DNA of 64,000 nucleotides from Caecitellus pseudoparvulus (Eukaryota; Protista; Bigyra: Bicosoecida): assembly GCA_965644315.1 (NCBI GenBank), contig CBFFRQ010000019.1:124001-188000 (forward strand), written 5' to 3'. Shown here one piece after another: positions 1 to 11,275 of this stretch; the stretch's first letter is position 1; each line of letters opens with the position of its first letter. The notes under the pieces are model-generated. The model made no database searches. It worked only from the letters and a program-made list of their open reading frames with translations, and was not told where the DNA came from. The translations under genes and the position numbers were made by a program.

Positions 1-1815
1 CATCCTTGGCACCCTGCGCCAGGGGCGCGCCGGTCATGGCAGCCTGCTTGATGCTGCCCAGCAGCTCGGCTGCCTTGGCCTGCACTGCGGGGTTGTTGGA
101 GGCGGTGACCAGCACGCTGACGGCACGGATGGCCTTGGTGATCTTCTTGGAAGGGCAGGCGTCTGGCTGGGCGTCGAAGGGCGACACCTCCGCCGCAGAC
201 ACGCGTCCGTGCTTCACAGCCACCAGGCGCCCCAGGCGCGCCAGCACCGCCGCTTCGAAGGCGGTCACCGTATCCACCAGGGGGCCGGACCCGGGCGGCG
301 AGCCAACCAGGGCATCCTGACCACGAGTGCGGCCCGCCCAGACGTCTGTGGCGTCTGGGCGGCCCTGCTTGGCTGCCCACCGCACGATGCGGGGAAGGGC
401 CCAGATGGGGATGCCCCCCCCCGGCCCCAGCGCCACGCCCATCTGGCCTGCCACGCCGCCCAGCTCGTCGTAGGCAGGGGCTTCGGGGATCTTGGTCAGG
501 TCCACAGCGCGCCCTGCCTGGCCCTGCGCCACCTTCAGGCCAGTGTTGTCCACCCACGGCTTGTTGGCGGTGCCGACGGTCATGTGGGCGGCCGCGCCAG
601 ACAGCGCAAACACCTCCAGGCGCCCGCACAGCGCCGTCCAGAACGCCTTGAACTCCTCCAGGCACAGCTCGCCGTCGCCGTCCAGGTCGAAGCGCAGGGC
701 GGCCTCCAAGACAGCGCCGTAGCCCCCCGTGCCGCGCACGCCGCCCCAGCCTGCGGGGCCGGGGGTGCCGGGTTGGAAGCGCACGACTGCGGAAGTTGAC
801 CCCACCACGACGTCTGCAAAGTCCTCCTCCGCGCCCGCAAAGGGGCCCGCACCCCGTGCAAAGACGCACTCGGCAGCAAGGCGGGTGCCCCACACGCCCT
901 TGCCAGCGAAACGGTACGGGTGCAGGCCTGCACCTGCTTGGTATGCAGGCACCGTCATCACAGCAGCATCGCCCGTCAACACCAACACGCTAAAGCCCGT
1001 GGAGGCGTGCGGCAACACCAGCTGCGCGCCCTCTACCTGCTCTGCTTCCACCTGGGTTGCTGCGTGCACGAAGCCCCAGGTCACATTCTGCCGACCCACG
1101 GCGACAGTTACGCCGGGGCCACCCGTTGCTGTCGCAGAGCGACCAAGCACAACACCCTCAACCCACACACCATCCTGCGCAGGGGGCGAATTCGTGCATG
1201 GTCGTGGAGGGAGCCGGGATGTGATGATATTTAGCCCACGTGGTGGGCAGGCTATCAGCCAGAGGGGCCGTGGAAACGCCGCGGAAAACGCGCCAGGCAT
1301 TGGTGGACGAGCACGATCTGACACAGCAACGTGCAGCAGCCCTGCAGCGACGTGCACTGCGCACTCACGGATTCAAGGGACGGGGACACCAGGACAGATC
1401 GACCTGGGTGCAGCTCGTGTTCCTGCAGTCGCGGCACTCCTTGCACAGCGAACATTCTGTGTGAATAGACGCGCAGGCGGTGGCTTCAGCTGCGCGGGCC
1501 ACTGCACCCAAAATACGCGGGTGGCCGGCGCAGGGCTCACACTCACGTATTGTCCAACGTGCCGTGGCTGCCATCCGTAAACATGGCTGTGAACGAGTCG
1601 GCATGGTCCACGATCTCGCCCTCTTTCCAGGCGACGCCGCCGGCTGCTGCTGCAGCTTCCAGCACCGCATTGCCGTCGCTTGCGTCCCCGTCAAGCTCAT
1701 ATGCCGCCAGCACCTTGGACCCCATGCCAATGGTCACTGGTGCCCATGGCGTCAGGCCTGGCTTGCCGCCCGGTGCGGTGAGGTCCTGCAACCCTGCTGG
1801 GTCTGCTGCTGCCAT
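1..1815 (-). CDS. Uncharacterised protein with Tudor/Agenet-like N-terminal segments and an EF-hand; 3' end runs off the window
   Basis: Spliced model: exons 1815-1547, 1456-1369 and 1174-<1. The GTGAGT donors and CAG acceptors keep the frame open to position 1. Canonical EF-hand loop DLDGDGELCLEEF at ~650-688. Tudor-like strands WKEGEIVD..FTAMFTDG and GRSVLV..VWVEGVVLGR. Confidence 0.7.
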
Positions 1816-2332
1816 ACTTGCAGCAAAGCGATTTCCGCACTACGCGCCTGCACTCTTGTAGAATGCAGCCGCAGCACGACTGAGATGGAGAGCACTTGAA
1901 TACAGCAACCACCTTTGATGGATGCTCATCGAAATGCCATGCTGTGCAAAGTGCCCCCATTGCTCCTTCTCGGCTGAGGGCCCCCTGACAAGGCCCGCGC
2001 GTGCAAGAGCCTTCCCGCGAAGGGTGCAGGCGCTTGCCTGAAGCAGGAAAAACCAATCCACTTCCACTGTGCGTCGTTCGTAAAGTTATCACGAGAATCC
2101 CCACGCACGCGCTCCGTGTGCCCGCGTGCACGTGAAGCGACACGCCTCAGCTTGAAATTCCGCAGGGCGCCTGGCCGACACGTTGCAAGCGGCTTCCTGA
2201 CCACCCCAGGGACGCCCAGGGCACACTGACTCCAAATTGAATCAGCCTGGTGTGCACTGCTTTAGGCCTTTTTGCCGCTGCCCCCTCTTCGTCTCGCGGC
2301 AGCTGAGTCAGTGCCACCCTGATTTCAACACG

Positions 2333-3931
2333 ATGCGCTGGTGCTGGCTGGTGCCGGCGCTAGTAGCTGTCGTGGCATGCTCAGGGGCAGCGGAGGCCTC
2401 CCCACCAACGGGGTCCAGCCTCAACTCTGACGCCATCAAGCTCGCAACCGAAGGCAAGCTGCAAGAAGCCTTAGAGCTGTTTGAGCAGGCGGTGCGCCTG
2501 AGCCCCTCTGACTCGGGCATCCTGAACAACTTGGGAGTCACATACATGCGCATGCAACGCAGCCAAAAGGCCAAGGACGCCTTCCTGCGCGGCCTGCGCG
2601 CCGACCCCCACAATGAGGACTGCCTGGACAACCTCAAAGTGCTCCTCAACTTCACAAAGGAAGACTTGGCAACGGTGCTGAGCGGCGCCGATCTCGCGTC
2701 CGTGGCCACTCTCAACGGTGTGAAGCTGCCGCCGCCACCCGCTGCACAAGGCCCCTCGCCGTCAGGCAAGGCGCTGGGGGAGCAGGGCATCCGCCACACG
2801 GTGCGCCGCCTGCCCCGCATCCCCGCCGCGGAGTTCTACCTGCCAGAGAACCGGGATTTCGCGGAGGGCCGGCGCCCCTTCATCCTCACTGGCCTCGTCA
2901 ACACCTGGCCCAACATCAGCACGGCATTCTCCTTCGACGCCCTGGCGGCGGAGTTCCCCCAGGCCCCCGTGGACTTCTACAGCCAGAACATGCGCGTGCA
3001 GGGCACGCGACCTTACATCGTGCCCCTGCCCCAGGCACTCCAGGAGCTGCAGCGCCCCTCTGGCAACTTCCCCCTCGCCACCAACAGCAGCATGTACGTG
3101 CACTGGAATGTGCGGTGGGGGGACTGGCGCCGCCTGACTGCCAAGCTGGGGCAGACGCTGCCTTTCTTCACCTCCGATGAGGCGTGGCTGGAGGGGTGCC
3201 TGGCGTCGCCCCGCCTGCGCAACGAGCTCCTCATCTCCACCCACTGGCGCATGCTGCTCATCGCCAACCAGGGCGGCGGCATGTTCAACCACAAGGACAC
3301 GCTCATGACGTCCTCCTTCCAGTACCAGCTACGGGGGCGCAAGAAGTGGCACCTGTGCTCGCCCGCCAACGACGCAGTGCTGGAGCAGACCAAGCCAGAC
3401 GGCAAGACGGAAGAGGACATGTTCCACCCCGACTACCACGCCCTGCCCGACCTGCTGCAGGCCGAGTGCTACGTGGACACGGCCCACCCTGGGGAGGCGC
3501 TGTTCTACCCGCGCGAGTACTGGCACCAGACGGTGAACCTGGACGACCCCGTCGTGGCCATCACCGGGACCCTCGTGGACGCCAACAACTACGACACCGT
3601 CGCCCTCATGCTGGACAAGGACTGCGAGAAGGAGGAGAAGATCCCCTTCATCACGCCCTCCGCCCCGCTCTGCCAGGCCTACCGCACGCACTGCTTCCCC
3701 TGGTGGCGGCACGCCTTCGGGGATGTGGAGACCATGTACGCAGCTGCGCCCACCAAGGCTGCCTTTGACAAGGCGCCCACCATGGTGCGCCCCTTCCTGG
3801 CCCGGCGCCGGGATGTTTCCCAAGTGCCCATGCAGCCCACGGACGTCACCGGCGAGTTTGCATGTCCCAGGCTGCCGCCCTTCTCGCCAGCAGAGGCGGC
3901 AGAGCCGGAACAGAGTGGTTTCTATGGCTGA
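2333..3931 (+). CDS. Secretory-pathway TPR + JmjC (cupin-like) 2-oxoglutarate/Fe(II) oxygenase
   Basis: Signal peptide MRWCWLVPALVAVVACSGA; TPRs (GKLQEALELFEQAVRLSP..LNNLGVTY..AFLRGLRADP); JmjC elements PFILTGLV..WP, HxD (NHKD), GRKKWHL and PGEALFYPREYWHQTVNL; intronless with strong GC3 bias. Confidence 0.88.
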   Translation: MRWCWLVPALVAVVACSGAAEASPPTGSSLNSDAIKLATEGKLQEALELFEQAVRLSPSDSGILNNLGVTYMRMQRSQKAKDAFLRGLRADPHNEDCLDNLKVLLNFTKEDLATVLSGADLASVATLNGVKLPPPPAAQGPSPSGKALGEQGIRHTVRRLPRIPAAEFYLPENRDFAEGRRPFILTGLVNTWPNISTAFSFDALAAEFPQAPVDFYSQNMRVQGTRPYIVPLPQALQELQRPSGNFPLATNSSMYVHWNVRWGDWRRLTAKLGQTLPFFTSDEAWLEGCLASPRLRNELLISTHWRMLLIANQGGGMFNHKDTLMTSSFQYQLRGRKKWHLCSPANDAVLEQTKPDGKTEEDMFHPDYHALPDLLQAECYVDTAHPGEALFYPREYWHQTVNLDDPVVAITGTLVDANNYDTVALMLDKDCEKEEKIPFITPSAPLCQAYRTHCFPWWRHAFGDVETMYAAAPTKAAFDKAPTMVRPFLARRRDVSQVPMQPTDVTGEFACPRLPPFSPAEAAEPEQSGFYG

Positions 3932-4165
3932 CCTGCATCAGTCGCACAATTCACGCCGTCTTTGCTGCCCACTCATTCCCCCCCCCCTGCGTTGGTGCAC
4001 GAAAACGGCAACGCTGCTCACACGCGTCACACGCTCACATTCCACTCACCGTGCCACTTCGAAGTAAACTTCATCGCTTGCCTGCGGTGCTCCTGCCACG
4101 CCTTCCACAGCTGCCGAGCTTCGCCAGGTGTGCAGGCGCCGTGTGCATCTCACCGCCAAGACAAA

Positions 4166-4266
4166 ATGTCTGACGACTCGTCCGGCTCGGAATGGGGCGG
4201 GGGCGGCACTCAGGACAGCTCCGCTGAGTCAAGCGACGACGAGCTGTTCCAAGAGAACACTGTGGA

Positions 4267-4297
<31 letters not shown>

Positions 4298-7200
4298 CCG
4301 CCGCCACCGCCGAAGCGGGCCAAGACCACTGCTTGCGCCTTGGGCTACAAAAGTGCCAAGCAATTGCGCGACACCAGAACGCAAGGCAAGGCGCCCAGCA
4401 GCGACTCTGGGAAGGGGGGCGGCACCTTTGGGAGCATGAAAGTCCTGAACCAAGCCCCTGATGCAGGGGATGACGACGACACGGAGTACATCGTCTCCAG
4501 GCTCGTGGAGGCTGAGCAGCCGCCGGAGCTGCTCAGCACACTCCTCCCCTTCCAGCGCGAGAGCCTGACGTGGATGAAGCAGCAGGAAGCCAGCATGTTT
4601 CGTGGGGGGCTACTTGCCGATGAGATGGGCATGGGCAAGACCGTGCAAGCCATTGCGTACGTGCATGAGTGCTCGGGTGGGCTGCGGTAATTGCTTCAAC
4701 GAGCCGGCTCGATCCCCGCACCTGACGGCACTTGCCAACATTCCGGCGCCATCACCGCATTGAAATGACTGCGACGTGTTAAACATTGTGCCGGTTCCTT
4801 GTTTCACAGGCTCATCGTTGCAAATCGACGAGACGTGCTGCAGCCGCTGCGCATGACGGATTCGGCTGCATACGTCAGCACCGGCGTGGAGAAGCAGGAA
4901 CTCAAGGCGCAGCAAGCGGCTGAGAAGGCTGCCAAGAAAGCCGCCAAAGCAAAGGCGAAGGCTTCCAAGAAGGGGGCCTCGGAAGCTGCCGTCCGCGCAG
5001 CAGACGCGGCCCAAGCCGAAGCTGAGGCTGCCGCCGTCCCGGACATCATGCCCGCCTCCACCGACTGCAGTGCGAAGTGCACGCACCCTGGCGAGCCGGA
5101 AGTCTTTTCAGATGTGCGGTTTGCGCGTGCTCACCTGTGGTGTGGCGTGGACCCCGCCTTGGACCGCTCTACTGCCGTGGCCGGGTTCACGCCGCCAGCT
5201 GGACCCCCCTCCCGCACGACACTTGTCGTGTGCCCAGTCGTCGCTGTCGCACAGTGGGCGTCGGAATTCGAGAAACACGTCAAACCAGGTGTGCTCAAGG
5301 TGTGCCAGTACGTGGGCACCGTCAAGCAGCGTGCGGATATGGCCCCGCGTCTGACGGAATACGATGTTGTGCTGACGAGCTATTCCGTCGTCGAGGCCGA
5401 ATTCCGGAAGATGGTCGCGACGACCAAGGTCAAGTGCAAGTACTGCGGGAAGACCTTCTTCCCAGAGAAGCTGGAGATCCACTGGAGGTACTTCTGCGGC
5501 CCAGACGCCAAGCGAACCGCTGCACAATCCCTAACCGAACGCCACGATGAGGCCGGGGACGAAGCTGAAGACCAACCACGAGTGGTGAAGAAAAGCGTGC
5601 TGAGGGCAGGGAAATCCGCCACTAGCAAAAAGCAGCCCGCCAAATCCCAGAAACGGCCGCGTGGGCGGCCCCGCAAGTCCCCCAAGCCAGCTGTACCGAT
5701 CAGCTCCTCCACCGACTCTGACGCCGAAGTGGAGACTGCTTCTGCTGCAATGACTCGAGCAATGCGTGCCGCGGTGGCCAAAGCGGGTAAGACGGCGGGC
5801 AGGGGCATCAAACGCACCCGGAGTGGCGCTGGTGTGGGGGAAGATGAAGGCGACAGCTCTGGGTCAGATGCCGAGTCCGAAACTGGCCCCGGGCATGCTC
5901 GAGGCGGCGGCTCGCTTGCAGTGGTAGGCGTGGAAGGCAGGCAACGGGGCCAGCCGAGGCTTGGGCCCATGTCTGCACTGCAAGCCATTTCCTGGCGGCG
6001 TGTGATTCTGGACGAGGGGCACTACATCAAGAACCGACGGAGTGGCACTGCCAAGGCCGTCTTCAACCTGACGGCTGAGCGGAGGTGGTGCTTGTCAGGC
6101 ACCCCCCTGCAGAACCGTGTGGGGGAGCTGTTCTCTCAAATTCGCTTCCTGCGCACGTTCCCCTTTGCCTACTACTTCAGCATTTCCAACGGCTGCAAGA
6201 GTCTGGACTACTGTTTCGGGTCAGACTTCAAGCACTGTGAGAAGTGCGGCGAGACCCCCCTCCGGCACTACTGCTACTGGAACAGGCGGGTGCAGAACCC
6301 CATCCTGCGGTGGGGCTACTCAGGGCCTGGCGCTGATTCCATGGCCCTGCTGCGTGGCACCATCCTGAAAGGCCTGCTGCTACGCCGCACGAAGCAGGGG
6401 CGGGCCGCTGACCTGGCCCTGCCCCCCCGCCTCATCACCATCACTTGCCAGCCGCTGGATGCCTTCGAGAACGATTTCTACGAAGCCCTGTACACCAGCT
6501 CGCGGTCCAAGTTTGACACCTACGTCGGGAAGGGCACTGTGCTGCACAACTACGCTTCCATTTTCGACTTGCTCATGCGCCTGCGGCAGGCAGTGGACCA
6601 CCCCTACCTCGTCCTGTACTCTGCCTCTGCCATGGCTGCCAAGGCTGCCCAAGCTGCCTTGCACAGCTCTGACCAGGCGGCGGGGGCAGCCGAGCTGGCA
6701 GCCCTTCCGCCAACTGCCGCCGGGGATGTCTGCACGCTGTGTGGCGAGGGCGCGGAAGACGCCGTGGCGTCAGGCTGCGGCCACGTCTTCTGTGCTGACT
6801 GTGCCCGCAGTCTGCTGGACGTGCCGGAAGGGGCGGCGTCGCCCACCTGTCCTGCCTGCTTTGCTGAGTTGTCGCTAGATTTGTCGGCAGTGGGAGGAGT
6901 GGCAGGTGCCACGGCCAGCCCCACCAGATCCGCCGCATCCACACCTCCTGGCAGTGAGAGCGACGATGACTCGCCCAAGGCACCGATCACGCCTCGCACA
7001 CCCCTGACACGTGCTAGCCGTGCTACCATCCTCAGCCGCATCCCCCCCGAGCGCATTGGGAGAGGGTTTCGCAGCAGCACCAAAATCGAAGCGCTCTTGC
7101 AGAGCATCAGTGAAGCCCAGACGACTGACCCTGGCTCGAAGTGCATCGTGTTCTCACAGGTGAGCAGGGCGGCGCTGGACATGCCGTCATACCTCGCCAC

Positions 7201-7746
7201 CCGAGCCACACCGTTCTCGCTTCCCCTCTGTTGCACAGTATGTCAGTTTCTTGGATTTGATCCAACACCGACTGGCCATGGCAGGCGTTCGCAGCTTGCG
7301 CCTTGATGGCCGCCTCTCAGCCAAGGCCCGCGGCCGGGTCATTGCCGCGTTCGCAGCCGACCCCACCATCACCGCCTTCTGCATTTCGCTCAAGGCAGGC
7401 GGTGTGGCGCTGAACCTCACGTGCGTCCGACTCGTGGTGCGCACTTGCCCAGGCGAGCGCTGTGCACTTCGTCCCCCGCCTTTATCGCAGGTGTGCGAAC
7501 CGCATCTACCTCATGGACCCTTGGTGGAACCCCGCCGCGGAGTTGCAAGCCATGGACCGCACGCATAGAGTGGGGCAGCACCGCGCCATTCAAGTGGTGC
7601 GTTTCATCGTCCCCGGCACCGTGGAAGAACGCATCATCGCGCTGCAGGAAAAGAAACGATTGGTCTTGCAAGCAACTGTGGGGGGTGACTCGTCTTCCCT
7701 CTCTCGCCTGACAGAGCAAGATCTCAGATACCTCTTCTCCCGGTAG
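4166..7746 (+). CDS. RAD16: RAD16/RAD5-family SNF2 helicase with RING finger (DNA repair protein Rad16-like)
   Basis: Exons 4166-4656, 4810-7159, 7239-7420 and 7491-7746 with GT-AG introns. Motifs GGLLADEMGMGKTVQ, RVILDEGHYIKN, LSGTPLQN, RING C-x2-C..CGHVFC-x2-C..C-x2-C, SSTKIEAL, ISLKAGGVALNL and MDPWWNPAAELQAMDRTHRVGQ. Confidence 0.92.
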
Positions 7747-7910
7747 CCGCCCCAGCACCATCTGCAGCACTCTGGCAATTCAATTTCTACAACCCATGCA
7801 TTTCCAGCAGATGGAAGACAGCTGTTGCGCAGCCCCTCGTCCCGGGCCCGGATGTCCCACCGCCAGTGAGCGCCGCTTGTCAACCTCCCTCCTCGCAAGC
7901 CAGGCACGAG

Positions 7911-10110
7911 ATGGAGGCCATGGCCCGGCAGTCTGCCGCCCTGCGCGCCAAACGCCTAGCCCGCATGGAAGCCGAGTTTGCTAAGGAAACTGGGCTGGTG
8001 TCCATGACGAAAGACCGCCTGCTGTGTGCGTCGGAGCCTGCTGCCTGCCATAACGCCAGTGCGGTAATCGCTACGTGCACACCCGACCTCTGCTGCAGAC
8101 GCATGCCTGAAGCATGAAGGGTATGAGAGCCCCGAGCTGAATGATAAATTGTACCTTCACTACCAAGGTTTCAAGGCCATCGAGAATCTGGAGGAGTACT
8201 CAGGAGTCCGGGCGCTGTGGCTGGAGCACAACGCCATCAAGTCGCTGGACGGCCTGCAGTGCTGCACCGGTTTGACGTCGTTGTTTCTGCAAGGGAACCT
8301 CATCGACAGAATCTCGTGCACTGATGCATTGACAAGCCTCGTCACGTTGAACCTCGCGAACAACCGCATCACCGAGTTGCAAGGCCTCGCACACCTGCCA
8401 CATCTGGAAACGCTGAATGTGTCGAAAAACGCCCTGGCCAGCCCCGAGTCCATCCAGCACTTGGCGGAGTGCCCTGCATTGAAAACGGTGCACTTGGCCA
8501 ACAACGAGCTTCCTGCAGAAGGCATCTTGCCCGTGCTTGTTGCCATGCCACACCTGGCCGTGCTGGACTTGCAGGGCAACCCCTTCGTGAGGGCGACCAA
8601 GTCCTACCGCAAGACGCTCATCACAAGCTTGCCGAAGCTGTCCTTCCTCGACGACCGACCTGTCTTTGAAGGCGAACGGGTGGCAGCCACGGCCTGGGCT
8701 TCAGGTGGGCGCGAGGCGGAGGCGTCAGCCCGCCAGGCCTTCCGCGACGCAGCGGCAACGCAGCGTCGAGACCGCATGACCAGCTTCTGGGAGTGGACTG
8801 AGCAGGTCAAGGCAAAGCGGGCTGCCCAGCTGGAGGAGCTGAACGCAGAGCGGGTGCAGAAGGGCCTGGAGCCACTCGCGACTCTGCCTTCCCGGAAGCA
8901 CGTTTCGTATGGGAGGGTGGAGCACGCAGCTGAAGGAGCCGATCTCACCGCCGAGCAGGCAGAGGATGCCAGGGTGCAGGCTATCGTGGACAGGATCGAA
9001 GCAGCGGGTGCTGCTGGCCACGGAGTCAGCGATGACGCACTGGCGGGCATCGCCAAAGACTTCGCAGGCGCCCACGCCTGCCCGGCAGTCTTGCCTGGCA
9101 GCGACGGTGGTGTGGCAGAGAGCAAAGTCAGTGACACAGCCCACAGCGGGGAAGCAGCAGCGGCAATGCCGCCGCCTGTGCCCGAAACCCAAGGTCAGGC
9201 CACCGCTGAACCTGCTCAGGCAGCGCCAACCACCCCCGAGGCTGTCCCGCCACAGGTGCCTGAGCTGCCGACAGAGTCTGACGCGGTTCGAGCCAGTCTG
9301 CGCTTGGTGCAAGAACGCCGCGCAGGGGGCGCGCCTCTGCCTGCCTCGACCCCACAGCACTCACCAGGTGTGCAGGTGACCTGGTGGCCCGCCCTGGACA
9401 AGGCCCTCTCCCGTGCAGTGAAGAAGTACGCCTTCGACTTTTCTAAGACAGCCAAGGCTCTGGCAGCCGCCCTGCGTCGGGGCATTGTGGCGCCACCCCC
9501 CACGTCCCCTGCCTCAGCTGGCATCACAGCAGGTGCCCTGGATGCGACGCAGTGCCGCTTGCGGTGGACCGCCCTGGCAGCGCCAGAGGCCGGGCCCCAA
9601 GACTCCGCGACGCCAAGCCCAGCCACAAGCGTACCCCACACAGGGGACGTGCTTCCACTGGCTGGCTCAGAGCCTGGCGTCGCCCCTGCCAAGCCCTTGA
9701 GCCGCCTGCTGCAAGGGGATTTCGAGCTGACATCGTTCCAAGAGTACGTGAAGGTGTCCCAGCCACTGCCCAGCATGCATCCGGAGGCGGGCACTGGGGA
9801 GGGCCCCGGCGGCGAGGAATCAGACGAGGAGGCGGACGAGGAAGGAGATGCCGTTCCCCTGGCGCCCCTCACGCGTGGCGAGATTATGGACAGCCTGCGA
9901 GCTGGGCGTACCGCCGGCGCAGGCGCCGCCACCTCCACCCGCCTCGTCCACCTGCACACTGTGGGCCTGCCGCCCACCGGCAGCGACCGACCCTCCAGCC
10001 GCGCCAGCATGTCCTCCCACGGCAGCTCCAGTGTGGGCGGCTCAGATGGCCTCGGCAATGGCTCAGAGTCGGTTGCCAGCTCCGTCACTGACGTGGACGG
10101 GCTTGACTGA
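7911..10110 (+). CDS. DNAAF1: Dynein axonemal assembly factor 1 (LRRC50/ODA7-like) LRR protein with a C-terminal Myb/SANT-like segment
   Basis: Exons 7911-8025 and 8099-10110 (GTGCGT..CAG) give the DNAAF1-type N-terminus [35 protein letters not shown]22-type LRRs and LRRcap [35 protein letters not shown]. The start could instead be ATG 7811 via a very short intron. Confidence 0.88.
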
Positions 10111-10140
10111 GGCAGCACGCTAATGCATTCTCCACGGCTC

Positions 10141-11275
10141 TCAGCAGCAGCCACCAGAGCCCCCCCCAGCGCCGATTTCCTTGCCAGGGGTAATGGTGTC
10201 TGTCTTCCCACGGCTGGTTGCAGCCTGGCTCTGCATGCGCTTCTGGATCTCGCGAGCCATGGTGAGGAAGGACTCCTCCACGTTGAGGGAGTTCTTGGCG
10301 GAGGTCTCCAAGAAGGGGATGCCCCGCTCCTCAGCGAACGCCTTGGCTTCTTCCGTGTCCACCTGGCGCTTGCTCTCCAAGTCGCACTTGTTCCCCACCA
10401 GCAGCTTGTTCACGTTCTCCGTGGCGTACTTGTCAATCTCGTTCAGCCACTCCACGACGTTGTCGAACGACTCCTTGTCTGTCGTGTCATACACGACAAT
10501 GATGCCATGGGCACCACGGTAGTAGCTACTGGTGATCGTGCGGAAGCGCTCTTGGCCAGCAGTGTCCCACTGTGCACGTGGAGGGTGGCGGAACGAGCCC
10601 AGTGCGGTGCAGCGCAATCGCACTCCGCTGCCAGAGCCAGGCAGAGCGCGGAAATGGCAGGATCCACTCCAGACCACGACAGCGCGGGTGGCACAATGGG
10701 CAGAGCGGCCCTGACCACTCCACACACTTTCGCGGCCCTGCCAGGCCACAACATCCTCTTGTTGCAGCCAAACAATCGCCTGACAGGCAGAAGACCACAG
10801 GGATGCAACGCGCTGGTGCACTGCACCAAACACGCAACGCAGCTCCAGCGTCTGGGAGGCGCTGCACCCAGGGACCGACGAGCACACCTCAGTGGCAACT
10901 TCCTCTATTGCGCAGGTCGCCCTTCCCATGAGACAAGGCTGTACAGTCCGCTGCAACAGCCAAGGGCCGCCCAGCGACACACCAACGAAACGCCAGGCAC
11001 ACAAGCGGCACGCACGATCTGCAGCTTCACGGTCTTGCCCTCAAGCTCAATGGTCTTGATTTTCTGCGGGACAGGAGAGCATCGTTTTGCACAACATGCC
11101 TTTTCCTGCTCGGAAGGCTCAGCGAGGCTGAACGTACGAAATCAACGCCAATGGTGGAGATGTAGCTCTCGGTGTACGTGTCATCGGCAAAGCGCAGCAA
11201 GATGCAACTCTTCCCCACACCACTGTCACCAATGATGAGCAACTTAAAGAGCGAGTCGTACTCTGCCAATGCCAT
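10141..11275 (-). CDS. RAB1: Rab1/Ypt1 small GTPase
   Basis: Exons 11275-11138, 11063-11016 and 10569-10141 join to [32 protein letters not shown]|[16 protein letters not shown]|[31 protein letters not shown], ending in a GGCC prenylation motif. Confidence 0.97.

Noticed and set aside
1221-1321. Box C (GTGATGA) and box D (CTGA) spaced like a C/D snoRNA
   Set aside because: Antisense to the host intron, with no terminal stem and no recognisable guide.
4271-4311. (TCGCCG)n / (CCG)n microsatellite
   Set aside because: It simply encodes an SPSP/poly-Pro linker in the RAD16 N-terminus.
4166-7746. Fragmented ORFs suggesting frameshifts or a non-standard genetic code (also RPA1, RAB1, DNAAF1)
   Set aside because: All breaks are explained by canonical GT-AG introns in compatible phases, and long ORFs translate normally with the standard code.
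10141-11004. 287-aa ORF suggesting a Rab with a novel N-terminal extension
   Set aside because: The extension is read-through of intron 2; canonical splicing yields an ordinary Rab1.
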